Assembly (NCBI RefSeq): GCF_963921235.1
Contig: NC_086109.1
Span: 20,028,001-20,092,000 of the forward strand
DNA length: 64,000 nt
From: Mobula hypostoma
Lineage: Eukaryota
Reading direction: 5' to 3'
Notes under the pieces: model-generated
What the model was told of the DNA's origin: nothing
Seen by the model: only the letters and a program-made list of their open reading frames with translations
Database searches by the model: none
Program-made: the position numbers and the translations under genes
Shown here: positions 56,341-64,000 of the stretch, in pieces
Position numbering within the stretch: the first letter of the stretch is position 1
How the letters are laid out: each line of letters starts with the position of its first letter

Positions 56341-59067
56341 ACACCCTTTAATTTCCAGATTCTTCAATGTTTTTAGTGAACATTAAGCACTGTCCATCTC
56401 CTTTTCAATATATTAATTTTCTTAATTCTCAGACTGACAACACAAGCCATTTCCCTTAGCAACCACATCAGACCACTTTATTGTTTTGAAATCCTACAGA
56501 TATCAAAAATTCAAAATCAAAACAGAAAATGCTAGAAATACTCAGGTGTGACTGCATCTGAGCTAACATTCATGGTCAAAAGATCCTTTGTCAGAACAAG
56601 GACAGAGACGTTTTAAGCTGCAGTCAAAGTTGAAGATTTCACAACTGCCACATTTGACTAGATAACCTTTATTACAGATAATCCCAATGGTCACCATGAT
56701 TTTACCTTAGAGATACCCTTTCTTTGCATTTCTGACAAACTGTCTGTGACGATGAATGTTGGCTCCCTTTCTCTTCGTGCATTTCAATTATCTCCAACCT
56801 TCTCACTTTGATAGATTGCATCCTAAAGATAATCATTTGTAGTTACTATTCCACAAATTACTAGAAATTTAAGGTAGTGCAAAAAAGGCCAAGGCAAGAG
56901 AATAATAAATGATAAGATACCAAATGTAGGAAGAACAGATATACCCAAATGCAGATTACCATAGGTTCAGAAGGACAGGCAAAAGGGATACAGATCTTGA
57001 CACAACACAAAAAGCCAAAATATTCTATGTCACACCAGGATGGATACTTGAAGGAATAGAACATCTTCTTGAACCATTACAATACTTCTCGCAAAGGTAC
57101 ACTCAATGTTGTTGACTAAGGTCCAGGATTTAGACAAAGCAACAAACAAGCCATTTACAAATCAAAATAAAGTGCAACTTGAAGTGGAAATCTGTAGGTG
57201 GTGTTCTCATCTTTGTCCATCCAGTTGGATGAGGTCACAGGTTTGGGTGGTTTTGGCAGAGTAGCTTGGGCACAAAATGCAGAACAATTTTGTAAGCTAT
57301 ACACAATGCAGCCACTGTGCACCTGGTTTAGACAATAAATATTCAGGTTGATGCAAGCAGTGCAGGTTTTGACCTGAGCAGTGTTGATTTTGTTTTGTTG
57401 GCCCTACCTTCATCCACACAAATGCAAAGATTTTCTGTCACAATCCTTACTGGTGCTTGCAGATGGTGGAAAGCCTTTGGGGCACAAGTTAAAGGATACT
57501 CAGTCTCTGATTCACTTTGCAACCATGCTACTCATGTAGCTGGCCCAGTTAACCCCCGCGATACTGGTGGTGATTAAATTTGTGGCACACAAATGTCAAT
57601 CTCCAAAAAACAAGACAATTTTGCTTTCTACATCAGCCCGAATGCTGTCAAAGTCCGCACAACTCAAATTACTACCTTTAACTGATGGTACCATTATTTC
57701 CTCTGCCTTCCAGGCATACACTGAATGGTTACTTCTTTAAAACCAAATTTTAATTCTCTTTTCTGAATCAATTTTCATGACTCCTAAGCTACCTTAAACA
57801 CTTCCCAATAGATACAGGCAAAGCTCCTGAGAAGATCAATTCCAGTCCCAATGGGATACATCCCACATCCATTATGTAAGTAAAACAGTCCCAATGCCCC
57901 AAGGAATCCAGAGAACTCCTACATGTTTAAAGAAAATAAACCACATTTACCCTATTTGTGTACTCACTCGCATATTTGTAGCATAATAATCAAGTTCAAA
58001 CCAGAAGTGCTGCTCCAGCATTTGGGTTTGAGGCATAAGTTGGAGCAGAGGTGCAAGTTAAAGCTCAACCAAGAATTACTGCTGACAACAGGAAATATTT
58101 AAGTTTGAGTAACCACATTAATAACAAGTTCTATTTTCCAAATAAGGCATCTTTTCCTTTCCATCCAGAATGTGATATTAAAAATCGACAGAAATTACAA
58201 ATGATTCTAATCATTTGGTCCTTGCAACAGAGTTTTTTTTTAAAAAAACATGACAGATAATGCAAGGTTAGGTTTTGAATTTTAATGTTACCTTTAATTT
58301 AAGCAAAAATTAGAACGTTCCTCAAACGATCATAACATGACAGCCATTTCAGCTTTATAAAGCAGATTAGAGCCCACCTCATTTCCAAATTTGGTCTAAG
58401 TTAAATAAATATTGTTCTGCTGTTTACAAGATTAGAAAAACTTCCCCCCACTCTGAAATTAATATTCAATGTTTTCATCACCATCCACAACCAGGTCATT
58501 CATTTTAACAAGATCAAATAAGTTTCCACTGTTGACAGATTCCGGAAGTAAATGACACCAGTTGGTTGCCCAATTACATACACAAGTGATTAGATAAACT
58601 AATCCCCCAGCAGCAACTGCTCCAAAATATTTTCTCAACAATTCTTAACATGTTGAAAATAGCATTCAGCAATTCCCCTGCTTCCCTGCCCCTTCCATCC
58701 CAATATTGTATAGCATTGCATGCCATTTCCAATAATCTTCCTGTTGAACTAAATTGCATTTTCATTTCAGCAAGTTATACCTATTACACTGATCTTTGAA
58801 GTAACTTGAATTACTGTAGTTTGATATTAATTTAAACAGCATGTACAATTGGAACAAAGTAATATACTCATCCAAAATGCATTTGATGTCAATTATGTTG
58901 TTTAAATTACATTGCAGGCCAGAAGTCAACTTGGAACCAGAGTTCCAAATGTGCAGCTCAATGGAGATACATTGATTGAAAATATCATCTCCATTTTCTG
59001 TTCCATTCATTTGTTTAGGAATGTTAAAGCAAATACTCATGTTTCTCACCCAACCAAATATTAACCC

Positions 59068-59160
59068 AAAAAGAAACTGCTGGAGGAATTCAGTGTATCA
59101 AGCAACGTCTGCAGAGGGGAAGGAATTATCAACGTTTTGGACTGAGACCCTGCATCAAAA
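59068..59160 (-). mobile_element. Old PLE-tail-derived short repeat with degenerate hammerhead
   Basis: Minus strand ttgatgcagggtctcagtccaaaacgttgat...gaattcctccagcag resembles the PLE 3' end. Confidence 0.5.
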
Positions 59161-61559
59161 TAATAAACAAATGAAGCTGAGCTACCTTCTCTTTTCACAT
59201 TTAAATCACAACACCTGTTGTCTCGTATCCCCAAATGTTAATTCACCAAATAGTTATTTGACGTTCACACCAATCTTGATGATTGCAAAGTGTGCAGTGA
59301 TAGACTACAATTTTAAAAGTTATCCAAAACAATGGCATGTACCATACTTGCATCTATGACACTGTTGTCATTCTGGCCACAGCTTATGCTGAGTCGCAAT
59401 GCAACTGAATTCTTCAATTTTGCCTTTAATATGTTCTCATCAACTTCACCCCACCAGATTCCACCACTTTTCTACACACCAGGGGCAATTTAGTGGCAAA
59501 TTCACCTATATCTCAAAGATATACAGGTTTATAGAGGAAAATGAAACTGGCTGGTTGAGGGTCAGGTAAGTAATATACAAACTTTTTATTTAATCCACCT
59601 GAAGCACTATGCCACCTTTAATTTTTGTAGGCAGAAACAAAGCACTTGAAAGACAGAATTATCACCTGTATTCCACAATTTTGTATTTTTTGCAGAAGTC
59701 TTACATTTGTTCAAAGTGGATTTTGAAAGATTAGTAGATTGCAACTCAACTTCCCCAAGTTGATATTACCCAGCGATAGACTCCAGGGATGAACTAGACT
59801 CAGAACTTGAGGTCATATCTTCATTTAACCTATAAAATTTTATCTGTATCCCAACCCACACTGTTCACTTCTATGCTAACTTCAAAATTTTTAAAAACCT
59901 GTTTTGAAAACATTCCTCCAAGGATCAACTCTTCTAGCCATAGGGACCTCTGCACTGTATTAATTCTACCCTTTGACACATTTTAATCATATCACCACTA
60001 GCAACCAAGCATTCAACTCCCAAGACCCTAAACTCAGGAATCAGCATAACTGTAATACTACCTCCACCCTTCGTTCCTCTTCCTTAGCCCCAAGCCCACA
60101 TTCGACTATGAAATAATTAGTATTTCCAGCATTTATACAAAATTTTGTTAAGCTTTACATTTTAAGGTAGCATAAATTAAGGACATTAATGTGGATTAAG
60201 ATCCCTTCCAAAATTCAATGAATCTGTCCCTTTGAACCATGTATCGCCTAGCCATAGAACAGCTGAGATAAGATTTCCAAAACTTGGAATGGTTGATATT
60301 AACTTCAAGACTGAGAGTTTGAGTCAATAATATTGTTTTGTTGATTATTAGACAAGTCCTGGCAGAGGACAAATAGCCACCCCTCTACTACAGATAACGG
60401 AAATCAAAGATGCCACAAGAGTAAACTTGATCAAAGGCAAGTGGGCAGTGGACAAATGTCATTCTTTGAGCAGTGTTGAAGACTGCTATATACCACAGTA
60501 GTACCGCAAGAAATAAGGGGTATTGTGGTTATTTATGTCATGATCAGGAAGATGCAAGTACAAGCCAAAGAGTAATAACAGTTATGGGATGGAACTTGAT
60601 GATTTTATGTACATGTGCAGATCTATGGAAAGCAAACTTTCTGTTGGCTAAATCCATTAATGATTCATATATTTTAAATTTAGGGTGGCAATGGACTACA
60701 TACAAAGTGCTTAAACCATGAAGTCAACCACACATTGCAGAGTTTAGGATGTGGAAACAGCATGCAATTTCAGTAGGCATTTATAGTCTATATAATTGCC
60801 AATTGCTGTTGGGCATCCTGTTCCTATCATTAAGATTGCCATGGTGCCTACCTAGATTAATTACCAAATTCACAGAAGATAATAGACGAACTAGGGCAAT
60901 GGCTCATATCTGAGCAAGGACTACTTATCTGTCTTCAACCTTAAGGGATGGAGGCAGTAGAGGGAGATTAAGACAAACTCAGAGGACAATAAATCATAAC
61001 CAACAATCACAGATTTTAAAGGACTTCACGCATTTCTCCATTTTCCCCTTGCCCAATACTTACGAAATTGAAAAAATATACAATCGCCACATTACCTGAG
61101 TAAACCATGCATATAGAAACAGTAGCTTTTACAGAACTTTTCAATCTGTCTCTTCTACACAATTTGATTTGAAAGGAAGTCAACACCACCCAGTCTTCAA
61201 ATCTTCCAGTTTGGTCTCAGGAAACTGAAAGATATAGTTATTTCATTTTCTCACACAGATAAAAGATCAACTGCAATCTTGAAGCATGACAGAAGATTCA
61301 AAATGACATTTTAGCTGTTTTTTGTGCTTAGGGAACTCTGAGTCGCAGAGCACAGAAATGATCCCTATGGCCCATCATCAGTTCCAGCTGAACATCAAGT
61401 AGCCATCCATTCCAATTCTACTCTCCAGACTCCTGATTTGGGGCTAGATACTCAAATTAGCAAGTGTGTTCTAGATTCAGGCCAGCTCTGGATAGGGAAA
61501 AAAAAAGTTCCTTCTAAACCTCACATCCCTAAGAGCTCTGTCCTCTTGTTTTCAACACC

Positions 61560-61610
61560 CAGGTGTTCCCAATCTGGGGTCCATGGCATATAAAAAATTG
61601 GGAACCCCTG
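61560..61610. mobile_element. 51-bp hAT MITE remnant
   Basis: caggtgttcccaa...ttgggaacccctg TIRs; deletion derivative of the 62431 MITE; no clear TSD. Confidence 0.65.
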
Positions 61611-62430
61611 CATTATACAGAGATTCTGTTCCCTGTCCCTCATTTTAATATACAAATCAGATCCCCGCTCAGACTCCTGCACTCAGGAGGACAAACCCAT
61701 TCTTCCCAGTTTCATGCTAGTGAATTTCCTCTGCACCTTCTCCAGTGCAATCACAACCCTTCGAGAAGATGGCAACCAGAAATGGGAGACAGTACTCCAG
61801 CTGTGACCTCACCAGTGTTTTATACAAATGCGCCATAACCTCACTGCTCTTACAATCTGTGCCCAAAGGCAGGAAGGATCCCATATACCTTCCTAACCAC
61901 CTTACTTTAACTTTGTTATCTTTCTACTTATACTAAAAACCATACCAACGGAAGCACCAGTTAACATGCCAGGTATTAAACAGACCAACCTAATATTTTT
62001 ACAATACATCAATCCCCAAAAGAATAAAACAAAAATGGAATAAAGGAAAATGCTACCACTGAAGACAATTAGAAGGAATAGAGCAAGTGATGGTCATTTA
62101 GAATCAGGTTTATTATCACTAACATTTGTGAAATTTGTTTTGTAGCACCAGAATTACAAAAAAAATTGAGTTACAATATGAATAGTGTAAATCAGCAACT
62201 CAGTGAGGTAGTGTTCATGGACAGTTCAAAAATCTGATGGCAGAGGGGGAAAAGCTCTGTCTTCAGGCTCCTGCACCTCCACCCTAATAGTAATGAAAAG
62301 AGTTCATTTAAAGGCCAATGGAAATATTCTAAACTAGTGTTATCTACATTTGTGACCATGTCATAGAGTACTACAGCACAGTAGCAGGCCCCTTGAGCTA
62401 GTACGAGCTAGCCAGGTTTTCTGTCTAGAC

Positions 62431-62512
62431 CAGGGGTTCCCAACTTGGGGAACATGGACCCCTTGCTTAATTATATTGGCCCATGGCACAAAAGGAGGCT
62501 GGGAAACCCCTG
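62431..62512. mobile_element. 82-bp Buster-type hAT MITE
   Basis: TIRs caggggttccca / tgggaaacccctg; 8-bp TSD gtctagac (62423-30) / gtatagac (62513-20) with central TA. Confidence 0.85.
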
Positions 62513-64000
62513 GTATAGACCCATCTACTTGCACTTGGATCAGAGACCATCATCTCTCTCATCCATATACACATCCAATTTTCTCTTAACTGTTACAACT
62601 GAACTCACAGCTACCACTTCCACTGTATGCAAACACATTCCAAGACGACCTCCACATTGGGAGGAAGAAAGCTTAATTTAATGGGATTTGTGAAGTCTGA
62701 TGGTTATTCCTTGCTATCTTTATTGGCACTGAAATGAATACAAATGTAACACCTTTTGTTAATGCAGACAGGATCATAAATTACATTTTTCTTCTCTAGT
62801 CTCACCCCAGCAAAAATGTCAGCCACCAAAATCAACTCACTCTCTCTCTCTACAGAAATACAATCAGATGAAGTATTTCCAGCATTTTGGTTTAGATTGG
62901 CAGCATCTATCTTTTGCTTTACAGGTACAGTGCAATATTTTTACTTACAACAAAATGCTGAGCCTCTTGCCTAGTTGGCAACAGTATCCACTCAGATTCT
63001 GAAGATACGAATATTTGTCGTTAAAACAAGTCTATTACAAATGGTATGCAAATGTCAAATCATGAGCAACAATTATTCCAGACAAATGTTAGCCAAGTCA
63101 GAGGTTTTTGAAGATTTGCAGATACTCCAAGTATTGACTAGCAAAGTGACATTTCAATAGCACTTACAGGAAATTAGAAGGAAATGATTTTCAGTAATCT
63201 TATGTACATAGCTTTGATTCTAGATTATACAAGTATCATTGAGTTCGGGATAACATACAGCAAGAATAGAGTAAATAGAAATTCAGGTATTATGCCCAAG
63301 ACAAAGGTTGAATACAAAATAAACTTAACATGGAGGAAATTTCTCAAGATGGTACTCAGATTTTAAATTGAATATTGCCATAACATTTTAGTGCAAGATT
63401 ATGGACTTCCTGCAACAGGAGGATAAATGCAAAAGTTAAAAGCACTTCAAGACAGGGATATGAAGCTGTTGAGAGAGCAGAGGCCAAAGCATGGAGGACA
63501 CTAATGGGTCACGATTCACTGTCCTCTAAATATGGCTTTTCCATCTCCTTACCCCACCCCACAAGACTGAAGACATAAATAGCCTTTGCTCAAATCATGA
63601 ACTACTAGATTAATTCATCTAATCCCCTGGTATTTTGGGTTACCTCAATTTCAATAAAAAGTTAATTAGGACATCTCTAATATAAATGGGGAGGGAGGAT
63701 GTAGAAATGGTGGTAGAGATCAAACAAAAACAGCCAAGGTACACAAGGCAGATATCATGCTCAAGTTGTCCAAAATTCTGAAGACAGAAAAACACGATAA
63801 AATATTTCAACACAAGGTAGTGATAGCTGCATGAAGTGATGAAATAATTGGTAAGTGATTAAGCTAAGGCAGAAAGGAATGTTTGCAGCTGTGATGGCAT
63901 TGAATAAACTGGTTTCAAATCTGTCAATCAGCTGTAGTGGTTTTGATTCACATCTTATTATCCTTGCTCTACAAGCTCACCAATCCTTACTTGGCAGTCC

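Noticed and set aside
45215..64000. RAP1A non-coding first exon/promoter or another gene
   Set aside because: No CpG island or recognisable exon. The short ORFs are AT-rich noise or repeat remnants; a small non-coding exon cannot be excluded by eye.

Overview
Eukaryotic, transposon-rich intronic DNA from a vertebrate, most likely a cartilaginous fish. That is inferred from the mix of V-SINE, CR1, Rex/Babar and Penelope repeats; the species cannot be fixed. The only host gene seen is RAP1A (Ras-family small GTPase) on the minus strand. Four coding exons (22544-22600, 12345-12413, 3967-4023, 1277-1417) splice through canonical GT-AG sites to give residues 1-108. The 3' exons lie left of the window, and 22628-64000 is probably the long first intron. 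The introns hold nested mobile elements: Penelope-like retroelements (PLEs; reverse transcriptase (RT) + Cys linker + GIY-YIG) with minimal hammerhead ribozymes in their 3' ends, CR1 LINEs, Rex/Babar fragments, a Hero-type fragment, Buster-type hAT transposons and MITEs, Tc1 elements, a solo LTR and V-SINEs. The most interesting signal is in the PLE insertion junctions. One insertion has three tandem ~60-bp copies of the RNA segment 3' of the hammerhead cleavage site, the first ending exactly at that site. Another is a ~1.07-kb-arm palindrome with a 10-nt spacer. The three large insertions flanked by target-site duplications (TSDs) all have 3' tails at both ends. There is also a snap-back junction and a 50-bp tail-only insertion.
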